Assembly (NCBI GenBank): GCA_965246885.1
Contig: OZ251992.1
Coordinates: 1 to 64,000, forward strand
Source: Abditibacterium sp.
GTDB lineage: Bacteria > Armatimonadota > Abditibacteriia > Abditibacteriales > Abditibacteriaceae
Direction of reading: 5' to 3'
DNA length: 64,000 nt
Part shown: positions 38,678 to 46,726 of the stretch, one piece after another
Layout: the number at the start of each line of letters is the position of its first letter
Numbering within the stretch: the stretch's first letter is position 1
Program-made: the position numbers and the translations under genes
Notes under the pieces: model-generated
Databases searched by the model: none
Told to the model about the DNA's origin: nothing
The model's input: only the letters and a program-made list of their open reading frames with translations

Positions 38678-40516
38678 TTAGTTGACGACGACATCGTCGA
38701 GGTTGATCCACTGGTTGCCCGCCGCGTTGGAGTAGAACGAAAGTTCCAAAGTTCCGCTTGTGACGTTGACGGTGGTGGTTATTTTCTGCCACGTGCTCGC
38801 GGCGGGAATGTTGACGACGGCCACGTTGCTTCCGTCATAGTATTTGACGGCCATCTGGCAGGCCGCTTGTCCGCCACTGCTTTTAATCCACGCGCTGATG
38901 GTATGGGGGCCGTTGGGAACGGTGACTTGCTGATAGAGCGTGGTTTGGTAGGGGTTGGGCGACCAGTTGTCGCAGCCCCAACTGCCGGTGTGCGCTTCGC
39001 CCGCGCCGTTGGCCGCGAAAACAGCGTTGCCGTTATTGCCGACCCACAAGTTCCAGCCGCTCAGGTTGCCGGTCTCGAAGCCGGAGTTCTGGAGGTAGTT
39101 CGAGATGACGGTGGGAACGGCGCTGACCTCGGAAGAGAAGGCGCTCAGACCGTTGGAGTTGACCGCCTTGACTTTGTAGTAGTAGCGCGCGCCGGGAGAG
39201 AGGCCGGTATCCGCAAAGGAGGTGGCGGTCACGCCAGTAGCGATGGGCGTGGCCGCTTCGCCGCCTGCGCTTGTGCCGCGATAGACGTTGTAAGTGACGG
39301 CACCGGGCGCCATCGTCCACGACAGCGCGACTTGTCCACCGCCTGCGGTGGCTTTGAGTCCACCGGGAACATTGGGCACCGCCGCGCTGCCCGCGTCGGA
39401 AAACAAGCGCTTGTAAAGAGCCGCCGAGTTGGGGAAGGTCGTGGCGCCAAAGATACCCGACAGGCTGCTGTTGCCATCGGCGGGCGCTTCAAAGTAGCAG
39501 GCGACGGCGACGTTCTTGGCGGGGTCGTTCAGCCAGTTATACATCCGTTGGATATAGGAGGTGTTGTCGCCGCCACTGGGGTGGTTGCCGTCGTTCAGTT
39601 GCCACAAGCCCCATTCGCCCACGACGACCGGTTTTTTGTGGGCGCGCGCCAAGTCCGCGAGAACGTTGATGCGCGGCAGTTCGGAGTTAAACCATGCGGC
39701 ATCGCGCTGGGCCTGCGTGGGCTGCGTGGTGCCAACGGGGTAAAGGCCGCCGTAGGCAACATCGTAGGTGTCGAAGCCCACGTAGTCCACCCAAGCGTCG
39801 CCGGGGTAGTAGTTGGGCGAGTAGACCTGCACGTTGGAATCGGTCGGGTTCCAGCAGAACTTGAGGACGCCGCCACTATCGTTGGCGCGCATGGTGTTGA
39901 CGATGTTGCGCCACGCCGCGATGTAGTTGGTGGGCATGTTCGACATCGCGTTGAGGTTGCCAAAGGGGTTCCAACCGCCATCGAACTCGTAGCCCAAGCG
40001 GATGATGACCTTTTTAAAGCCGAGCGAGTTCACTTCCTTGGCGTAGTTGGCGAAATACGCCATCGTCGCGGGGTCGTTGTTGGCTTCGAGTTGCCACTCT
40101 TGGTTTTCCCACGCGAGCTTTTGATCCCACGTGTCGTTGCCGTTGGGGTCGGCGGGCATTTGGCCCATCCCTAAAATGACGGTGGGAAGGTTGGCGCCCT
40201 TGCGCGTCTGCATCGTAGACCAAGGGATGTTCCAGTTGACGTGCTGGGCGCAATCGTACCAATCGCCCGGCCCCCATCCCGGATCGGCTTCGGCGCCCAA
40301 ATTGGCGGTGCCCAACCAAGCGCGGTATTTGGCCCAGTTGCCCGTCCCCTGCCCGGCGGGGCCGGAAAGGTCGGCATCGTAGGCTTGGTTGTAAAGATAA
40401 ACCGACTGCTCGAAGCGGGTAGCGGCGGGTGCCTTGGCGGGCGCTCCGACAAGGGCAAGGGCGCCGAGGGCGCACGCTGTTACTGTAACTTTGGCGGAAA
40501 AGCGGATGGTGTTCAT
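38678..40516 (-). CDS. Exported GH26 glycoside hydrolase + fibronectin type III + galactose-binding-like CBM
   Basis: Signal peptide; IRLGYEFDGGW, WNP, YPGDAWVDYVGFDTYD, KPVVVGEWG; FN3 (VALSW, YNVYRG, YYYKVKAVN); NSGFE..NLSGW CBM ending LDDV. Confidence 0.88.
   Translation of the reverse strand: MNTIRFSAKVTVTACALGALALVGAPAKAPAATRFEQSVYLYNQAYDADLSGPAGQGTGNWAKYRAWLGTANLGAEADPGWGPGDWYDCAQHVNWNIPWSTMQTRKGANLPTVILGMGQMPADPNGNDTWDQKLAWENQEWQLEANNDPATMAYFANYAKEVNSLGFKKVIIRLGYEFDGGWNPFGNLNAMSNMPTNYIAAWRNIVNTMRANDSGGVLKFCWNPTDSNVQVYSPNYYPGDAWVDYVGFDTYDVAYGGLYPVGTTQPTQAQRDAAWFNSELPRINVLADLARAHKKPVVVGEWGLWQLNDGNHPSGGDNTSYIQRMYNWLNDPAKNVAVACYFEAPADGNSSLSGIFGATTFPNSAALYKRLFSDAGSAAVPNVPGGLKATAGGGQVALSWTMAPGAVTYNVYRGTSAGGEAATPIATGVTATSFADTGLSPGARYYYKVKAVNSNGLSAFSSEVSAVPTVISNYLQNSGFETGNLSGWNLWVGNNGNAVFAANGAGEAHTGSWGCDNWSPNPYQTTLYQQVTVPNGPHTISAWIKSSGGQAACQMAVKYYDGSNVAVVNIPAASTWQKITTTVNVTSGTLELSFYSNAAGNQWINLDDVVVN
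40478..40490. promoter_or_regulatory. Candidate LacI-family operator (copy 1)
   Basis: TGTTACTGTAACT; perfect GTTAC-T-GTAAC palindrome sharing 10 bp with the site before the LacI gene. Confidence 0.4.
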
Positions 40517-40548
40517 GGGTGTGTGGCGGTCATTCATATCTCCCCAGA

Positions 40549-40581
40549 TAAAAGCGCGCCGGGGATTGTAATCCCCGGCGC
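40549..40581 (-). terminator. Intra-locus stem-loop/terminator after the second prepilin-like gene
   Basis: GCGCCGGGGATT-NN-AATCCCCGGCGC followed by GCTTTTAT on the minus strand. Confidence 0.6.
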
Positions 40582-40603
40582 CAGACAAGTTCGCACGCGC
40601 GGC

Positions 40604-41404
40604 TCAGTCGGCGTCCACGCTCCACGCGGTGTAGGCGCCATTAGGCGCTTCGTGGACGAGGCGGTCGTCGTTGAGGGCTTTGACGTGGCCATCGGTGAAG
40701 AGAACGTTGGTCGTGTTCAAATGGCGCTCGGAGGCTCCACTGCCCCACTGGCGCAAGCAGTAGCGGTGCCCGTCGTCGCCGATTTGGAAGTCGGGGCCAT
40801 AAGCGGTGTCGAAAATCACGGCGTAACCTTGGTCTGTTGAGACGTTGGGAACGCAGTAACCATCCACGACCCAGATCGTGCCGGAGGGGTCTTGCATCTG
40901 GGACAGGGTCGAGTAGTTCGCAGGCCCGCCGCCGCCCGCGCCGTAGTAAGCGTTGATGGCGTAGGAGCCGTATGAGGTGTTGGGGACGCCCGACGTGTAG
41001 TCGTACTCCTTATAGGGGATGTAGGCCTTGTTGCCGCTCTTGGTCGAATCGAACGGCAGCAACGTGTCGCTGGGGCACACGAACAGTTGCTTGCTCTTGA
41101 GGTAAGGGGAAACGGCGTCCATCCACTTGTAGTTGTCGGCGTCCGAGGCGCCATCCCCGCCGGGGCCGTAGCGCTTCTGCACTAACTGCTCGTCGTAGTC
41201 CTGCGAGTATTGCAGCAGACCCAAACCGATCTGCTTGAGGTTGGATTGGCAACTGGCGCGGCGGGCGTTCTCGCGGGCGCGTGCAAAGGCCGGGAACAAG
41301 ATAGCGGCAAGAAGGGCGATGATGGCGATAACTACCAAAAGTTCCACCAAAGTAAATCCTTTCCGGGTGCCCGAAGTAGCGGTTTTGAAGGTGCAAGTGT
41401 TCAT
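40604..41404 (-). CDS. Prepilin-type N-terminal cleavage/methylation protein, DUF1559 / H-X9-DG family (paralogue 2)
   Basis: [47 protein letters not shown]-terminal [15 protein letters not shown]; 16-aa leader. Confidence 0.93.
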   Translation of the reverse strand: MNTCTFKTATSGTRKGFTLVELLVVIAIIALLAAILFPAFARARENARRASCQSNLKQIGLGLLQYSQDYDEQLVQKRYGPGGDGASDADNYKWMDAVSPYLKSKQLFVCPSDTLLPFDSTKSGNKAYIPYKEYDYTSGVPNTSYGSYAINAYYGAGGGGPANYSTLSQMQDPSGTIWVVDGYCVPNVSTDQGYAVIFDTAYGPDFQIGDDGHRYCLRQWGSGASERHLNTTNVLFTDGHVKALNDDRLVHEAPNGAYTAWSVDAD

Positions 41405-41440
41405 GGTTGTGGGTTGCCTCATAGAGACGAAAACGGTGGG

Positions 41441-42265
41441 TTACCCGTTGTTGGTTTGCGAAACTCCCAACGAGGTGTTCCAGTTGCCATCGCAGGCACT
41501 GGGTGCGGTGGCTCCGTCAACATTGGCGTTGTTGATTGTCCACATGCAAACGGGACTGCCCGTTGCAACGGGCTTGAGGGATTTGACATGACCGTCCATG
41601 AAAAGGAAGTTGGTGGTGCCCAAGTGCCCTTGCAGGTTTTCCATGTTGCCCTTGTCGTAAGCATCGGGATTGTCCGCGTTCTTGCTTTCGGTAATCATGA
41701 TGACGGTCGCAACGCTGGGTATTTCCGCCATGCTCCGCGTCTGAAAGGCACCGCCGCTATACAGTTCGATCATCGGCCTTCTCGAACCGGGGCCGTTGCT
41801 CGAAGCCGCTTCTTGCCCACCGTTGGCCATGTAGGAGATGGGCATCGCTTGCGTTGCAACCGCGCCCGTATCGGAAAAGCGGGTGTCGTAACCGCCGGGG
41901 TCGGGGGCGCCGTTCATGTTGCCACTGGCTGTGTTGGAAGGGCACTTGAAGATTTGCGCGCTCTTGACGTAAGGTTGCAACAGGGTTTGAAAGGGCACGC
42001 GGGAAACGCCGGGAGTGCCGCCGTAATACCAGCGCACCGGCAGAACTTTCTCGTCGTAGTCCTGCGAGTATTGGAGAGCACCTAATCCAATCTGCTTGAG
42101 GTTGGATTGGCAGGAACTGCGTCGGGCGTTCTCGCGGGCACGCGCGAAAGCCGGGAACAAGATAGCGGCAAGTATCGCTATGATAGCGATAACTACCAAT
42201 AATTCTATAAGGGTAAATCCTTGGCGGCTCAAAGCCTTTGGTTGAAAGTTGCTGAATGTGTTCAT
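41441..42265 (-). CDS. Prepilin-type N-terminal cleavage/methylation protein, DUF1559 / H-X9-DG family (paralogue 1)
   Basis: [61 protein letters not shown]; 16-aa leader. Confidence 0.93.
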   Translation of the reverse strand: MNTFSNFQPKALSRQGFTLIELLVVIAIIAILAAILFPAFARARENARRSSCQSNLKQIGLGALQYSQDYDEKVLPVRWYYGGTPGVSRVPFQTLLQPYVKSAQIFKCPSNTASGNMNGAPDPGGYDTRFSDTGAVATQAMPISYMANGGQEAASSNGPGSRRPMIELYSGGAFQTRSMAEIPSVATVIMITESKNADNPDAYDKGNMENLQGHLGTTNFLFMDGHVKSLKPVATGSPVCMWTINNANVDGATAPSACDGNWNTSLGVSQTNNG

Positions 42266-42316
42266 GGGTCTCTCTAAAGTAAATAAAAGAGGCAGTTGCT
42301 TTTGTTTGGTGGCGAG

Positions 42317-43330
42317 TTAAACTGAGCGCGGCGCGCTCACCGAAGCGCGCTCGACCAGATGAACCGGAGCGACGCGGCAGCAGTTCGCGGCCTCCTCGCC
42401 GCGCCCTAACCCGATCCACGCTTCGACGGCCAAGCGCCCGATGTTGGCGTAGCCAAAGCCCACGCTTGAAAGGCCGCGATGCCGCGTGTCCTGATCGTCC
42501 ACGCCAATTAAAGACAGGTCGCGCGGAACATGAAGCCCCGCTTGAGCGGCGGCATCCCACAATTGGAGCGCCAGAAAGTCGTTGATGCACGCCACGCCGG
42601 TGATACCGGCGCCCTTTAGATGTGCCAGCACGTCGGGCCGCAATTCCCATGCGGCAGTCGCGCCCTCAATGATGGGCGCAGCAGATAAGCCCAGCCGCTC
42701 CGCTTGCAACGCGAAGGCCCGTTGGCGGGCGAGGTCGTCAAAAGCGCCCAGTGAACTGGGGCCGGACAGATAAGCGATGCGCCGATGGCCGTGCGCGTGC
42801 AAATGCTCGACGGCCAAACGCATGATCTCTTCGTTGTCCGGGTCAACCCACGCCACGTTCGCGGGCACGTCGCGGCGGTAACACGCCACCGCCGGGATGC
42901 CGTGCTCTTCCAGCTTTTCCAAGATGTCGTGCCATTGAAGCACATCCGGCGAAATGAAGATGAAACCATCAGAGCGCCGGTCGAGAAAGCGGATGGACGC
43001 GTGGCTCATCCAATCCTGCGCGTCGCGTAGCATCACCACCAAGTCGTAAGAGTGCGCGTGCGCTTGCGAGCACAGCCCCTCGAAGGTTTGGGAGTCAATC
43101 GGGTTGCCCGACACGTTCGAGGTGAAAGGAACAATGCCAATCGAGCGCGTTTGCACGTGGCGATTTTGCAGCGCCGACGCAACGGGCACATACCCCAAGT
43201 CGCGCACCGAAGCCATCACGCGCTCAAAAGTGTCATCCGCCACAAGTCCCTTGCGCCCGCGCAACACACGCGACACCGTCATCGGAGAAACGCGGGCATG
43301 TTCGGCTACTTGTCGGATGGAAGGACGCAT
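42317..43330 (-). CDS. LacI-family transcriptional regulator
   Basis: SIRQVAEHARVSPMTVSRVL HTH; GHRRIAYL, NDFLA, VPRDLSLIGVDD, LVERAS. Confidence 0.93.
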   Translation of the reverse strand: MRPSIRQVAEHARVSPMTVSRVLRGRKGLVADDTFERVMASVRDLGYVPVASALQNRHVQTRSIGIVPFTSNVSGNPIDSQTFEGLCSQAHAHSYDLVVMLRDAQDWMSHASIRFLDRRSDGFIFISPDVLQWHDILEKLEEHGIPAVACYRRDVPANVAWVDPDNEEIMRLAVEHLHAHGHRRIAYLSGPSSLGAFDDLARQRAFALQAERLGLSAAPIIEGATAAWELRPDVLAHLKGAGITGVACINDFLALQLWDAAAQAGLHVPRDLSLIGVDDQDTRHRGLSSVGFGYANIGRLAVEAWIGLGRGEEAANCCRVAPVHLVERASVSAPRSV

Positions 43331-43336
43331 CGGGGA

Positions 43337-43349
43337 TGTTACTGTATCA
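43337..43349. promoter_or_regulatory. Candidate LacI-family operator (copy 2, possible autoregulation)
   Basis: TGTTACTGTATCA 6 nt upstream of the LacI start codon. Confidence 0.45.
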
Positions 43350-43412
43350 GAGTATGCCCAAAAAAATGGGGCTTCAAACATTTTCGCCCACTTTTTTTTG
43401 CGCGTCCCCTGC

Positions 43413-43615
43413 ACGCGCCGATGACGGAGAGACGCGCGCCAACAGTTGAACGGTACGCGCCAACAGTTGAACGGTACGCGCCGACGGTTGAACGGTGCGC
43501 GCCAACAGTTGAACGGTACGCGCGACGACCGAATTGTACGCGCCGACGATTGAACGGTACGCGCCGACGATTGAATGAGGCGTGCCAACCGAAGATAGAA
43601 GCGCGCCAACGACAG
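43413..43615. repeat. Degenerate 21-bp-period tandem array (~9-10 units)
   Basis: (A/G)CGCGCC(A/G)AC(A/G)GTTGAACGGT repeated; one 20-bp unit at 43518. Confidence 0.88.
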
Positions 43616-43639
43616 AGCCGGGCAATTTTCGGGTTGGGT

Positions 43640-45703
43640 TTAGCCGCCCGGTTCGGAGCGGGTCATTCGTTGGAAGTTGCGGGCGGTGAGGGCGAACATC
43701 CCCAAAGCGGCGAGAGCGTAGACCGCCAGAACGGGCAAAGGCCAGAGGGGAAACAGCCAAGGGCGCGCGCCGCTCACCAGATATGACGGGGCGGGGGGGA
43801 TGGAACTGGTGTTATACAGCGAGGAGAAGAAGTCGCCCGTGCTGGGGAACAACAAGGGCACCGGGAGAACGGCGGCGATGGTTTGGGCGAGCGAGTCGTT
43901 GGACACAATCTTCAGGCTGCGGAGCAAGTCGAAGAGGGGGGGAATCAGCCCATGCGCCATTAGAAGCGCTGCCGCTCCGCCCATCGCCATTGCTAAGGCG
44001 CGGCGCACGTTGGGCGAGTTGAATGAACAGAGCACGCCCCAACTCGCCGCAAACGCGCCAAAGACGGCCTCGGCCAAGGGGAACCACAGCGCCGTTGCGG
44101 GTCGCACCAACCCCAAAACCGCCACCAGCACCGCCGTCGGAACCGCCAGCATCCACACGTACAGCGAGAACGTCAGCACCGCGCCAATCTTGCCGCCGAT
44201 GATTTGCGAGGGGCGCATTGGAATAGTGAACAGTTGCTCCAACGTTTGCCCTTCGCGCTCTGGCGCGATGGCGCGCGCGCCGAACCACGCCGCGAAGATC
44301 ATCAGCAGCCCCAAATGCACGCGCCCAAAGAAAATAAAAAGCGGCTCGAAGTCGGTCGTCAGCGACAACGGATTGACAAATCCCCACAGCATATACAGCA
44401 GGAGCGCCACTTCCGTGAGGATGGTGATGGCGTAGCCGAAGGTGAATAGGTAGCGCGTCTTGCCCAGCAATCCCGACCGCATCTCGCGCGCGTAGATGGG
44501 GTTCACTTTGTCCGACAGAAACGGCGTGACGCCATACGTCGCTTTTTGCTTTTTGGGCGCGGCAAGAGGCGTGTTTTGCGGCGGCAGGAGCGGCGCCTCG
44601 CCCGCTTGGAGCGCGCCGGGAAGCGCGGCCCAATTTGCGCTGTGGGAGGGAACAGGCGCCATCGGCACAACTCCGCTTGCGCCAAACGAGGGCGCGGCGA
44701 CTTTTTCTTCCTGCACCATCATTGGCGCCGTTGCCACGCCCCACTCGGTTTGCAAGTCCTCGACGCGCTGGCGCAGGTTCGGCTCGGCGTCGGCACGGTT
44801 CATTAGCTCGCGCGCGGTCTGGAGCAACCCCCAATGCGCCACCAGCAACAGATACGATAGCGCAAACGCCACGCACACGACGATGTAGCCAATGCTCTGG
44901 TCGTACAGCATCCAAACGAGGAGCGCGACGAGAAAGATGGGCGCCACTACATATACCATCGGGCCGTACATCTCGCCCATCATGCGCGCCGCCTTTGACT
45001 TGTCGCCGCGTTTCCACAGGTTCACAATGGCGTAGAACAGCCCCACCAGCACGAAGAAGCCGCAGATAATCACCCCGAACGGCGCCAGACAGACCATCAG
45101 AATCGAAGCGACGGGCAGCAGCAAGTAACACATTAGCATCGCCCGCGTCGCGCCGTGCCAGCGCGCCGAGCAGTACAGCCCAAACCCCGTCGTGAAGGCC
45201 GCCAACCCGAAAATGACCGCATATGCCCCGACAATCAACCCCACATCCACACCGCCCAGCAAAAAGCACAGCGACGTGAGCGGCATCGTTCCCATAAGCA
45301 ACAACCCCACAAGCGACAGCACCCCACCCGCTTTGCCCCACACGATTTGAAGCGGCGACAACGGCGTCAGCAGCAGCGGCTCCAACGTTTGCCGCTCCCG
45401 CTCTTGCGCCAGCGCCCCCGTAGCGAGTGCCGGGATAATGATGAGAATCAACCCGATCTGCCCCCAAAAGATTTTGGAAAACAACTCCGTTGCGCGCGCG
45501 CCGCCGTCGTGCTGCAAGTTGAAGGTTTGATCCGCCGGAAAATATGCCGTTACAAACGCGCCCAGCAGCGCCACATACAGCGCCAGTAGCGCAAACGCGC
45601 GCGCGTTGCGAAGTCCCGCGCGCAGTTCCCGCGTGAGGACGGGGTTGGAGAGGTTGATCGCCACACGCGGGAGTTTAGGCAGTGAGGACGCTTGCTCCGA
45701 CAT
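43640..45703 (-). CDS. ABC-2/GldF-like permease with two tandem permease domains
   Basis: Duplicated NPVLTRELR / NPIYAREMR and ERERQTLEPLLLTP..IVWGK / EREGQTLEQLFTIP..IIGGK motifs. Confidence 0.85.
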   Translation of the reverse strand: MSEQASSLPKLPRVAINLSNPVLTRELRAGLRNARAFALLALYVALLGAFVTAYFPADQTFNLQHDGGARATELFSKIFWGQIGLILIIIPALATGALAQERERQTLEPLLLTPLSPLQIVWGKAGGVLSLVGLLLMGTMPLTSLCFLLGGVDVGLIVGAYAVIFGLAAFTTGFGLYCSARWHGATRAMLMCYLLLPVASILMVCLAPFGVIICGFFVLVGLFYAIVNLWKRGDKSKAARMMGEMYGPMVYVVAPIFLVALLVWMLYDQSIGYIVVCVAFALSYLLLVAHWGLLQTARELMNRADAEPNLRQRVEDLQTEWGVATAPMMVQEEKVAAPSFGASGVVPMAPVPSHSANWAALPGALQAGEAPLLPPQNTPLAAPKKQKATYGVTPFLSDKVNPIYAREMRSGLLGKTRYLFTFGYAITILTEVALLLYMLWGFVNPLSLTTDFEPLFIFFGRVHLGLLMIFAAWFGARAIAPEREGQTLEQLFTIPMRPSQIIGGKIGAVLTFSLYVWMLAVPTAVLVAVLGLVRPATALWFPLAEAVFGAFAASWGVLCSFNSPNVRRALAMAMGGAAALLMAHGLIPPLFDLLRSLKIVSNDSLAQTIAAVLPVPLLFPSTGDFFSSLYNTSSIPPAPSYLVSGARPWLFPLWPLPVLAVYALAALGMFALTARNFQRMTRSEPGG

Positions 45704-45760
45704 TGGGCGCGAAAGTTAAACTCGCGCGCACAACTGGCCCGCTTCTGGGGCCATACCATT

Positions 45761-46714
45761 ATGATCGTCACTACCAAAGACCTCTTCAAACTCGCGTATG
45801 GCAAATACGCCGTCGGCGCTTACAACATCAACAACCTCGAACAAACGATGGGCCTGTTCCGGGGCTGCATCCAATCGCAGTCGCCCTTCATCATCCAAAT
45901 TTCCAAGGGCGCGCGCGCTTACACCGACAAGGAGATGCTCGAATCCATCATTCGCGGCGCCGACAAGGTGTTCCCCGAAGCCATCTTCGCGGTGCACCTC
46001 GATCACGGCGACGAGCAGACCTGCTACGACTGCATTGATTCCGGCTTCTACTCGTCGGTGATGATAGACGCCTCGCACGACCCCTTCGAGGAAAACGTCG
46101 CCATCACCCGCCGCGTCGTCGAGCGCGCGCACGCCAAGGGCTTGTCCGTCGAAGCAGAGATAGGACAACTCGGCGGCGTCGAAGAGGACATCCAAGTGGA
46201 CGAGAAGAACGCCAACCTCACCGACCCCGACGAGGCCGAAGCGTTCATCAAGCAGTCCGGCTGCGACAGCCTCGCGGTTGCCATCGGCACCTCGCACGGC
46301 GCTTACAAGTTCTCCGGCAGCCAAGGGTTGCACTTCGACCGCATCGAAGAAATCGCCAAGCGCGTCCCCGGCTTCCCGCTTGTGATGCACGGCAGTTCCA
46401 GCGTCCCCCAAGAGGAAGTGCGCCGCATCAACGAAGCAGGCGGTAAGCTCAAAGAAGGCGCCAAGGGCGTGGACGAAGAGCAATACCTGCCCGCCGCCAA
46501 ACTCGGCGTCACCAAAGTCAATGTGGACACCGACGGCAGATTGGTGTGGACGCGCGTGCACCGCGAGTTCTTCCAAGACAAGCCCGAAGAGTTCGACCTG
46601 CGCCCCGCCGGAAAAATCTTCATGCAAGCCTACGCCGACTTCATCGCCCACAAAAACGAGAAGTTAGGCAGCGCCGGGACGCTGCCGGAGATACGCAAGG
46701 CGCTGGGGTTGTAA
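45761..46714 (+). CDS. fba: Class II fructose-1,6-bisphosphate aldolase
   Basis: AVGAYNINN, VHLDHG, SSVMIDAS, VEAEIG, AIGTSHGAYK, VMHGSS, KVNVDTD. Confidence 0.95.
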   Translation: MIVTTKDLFKLAYGKYAVGAYNINNLEQTMGLFRGCIQSQSPFIIQISKGARAYTDKEMLESIIRGADKVFPEAIFAVHLDHGDEQTCYDCIDSGFYSSVMIDASHDPFEENVAITRRVVERAHAKGLSVEAEIGQLGGVEEDIQVDEKNANLTDPDEAEAFIKQSGCDSLAVAIGTSHGAYKFSGSQGLHFDRIEEIAKRVPGFPLVMHGSSSVPQEEVRRINEAGGKLKEGAKGVDEEQYLPAAKLGVTKVNVDTDGRLVWTRVHREFFQDKPEEFDLRPAGKIFMQAYADFIAHKNEKLGSAGTLPEIRKALGL

Positions 46715-46726
46715 GACGGAGTGCCC

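Noticed and set aside
35564..40174. Very long plus-strand ORFs (788 aa and 735 aa)
   Set aside because: They are antisense shadows of the SGNH and GH26 genes, common in high-GC DNA, with no recognisable motifs.
43331..43609. 93-aa N-terminal extension of LacI (and the 59793-60071 extension of the GH5-like gene)
   Set aside because: These are open frames running through 21-bp arrays. The HTH and the signal peptide define the downstream starts.
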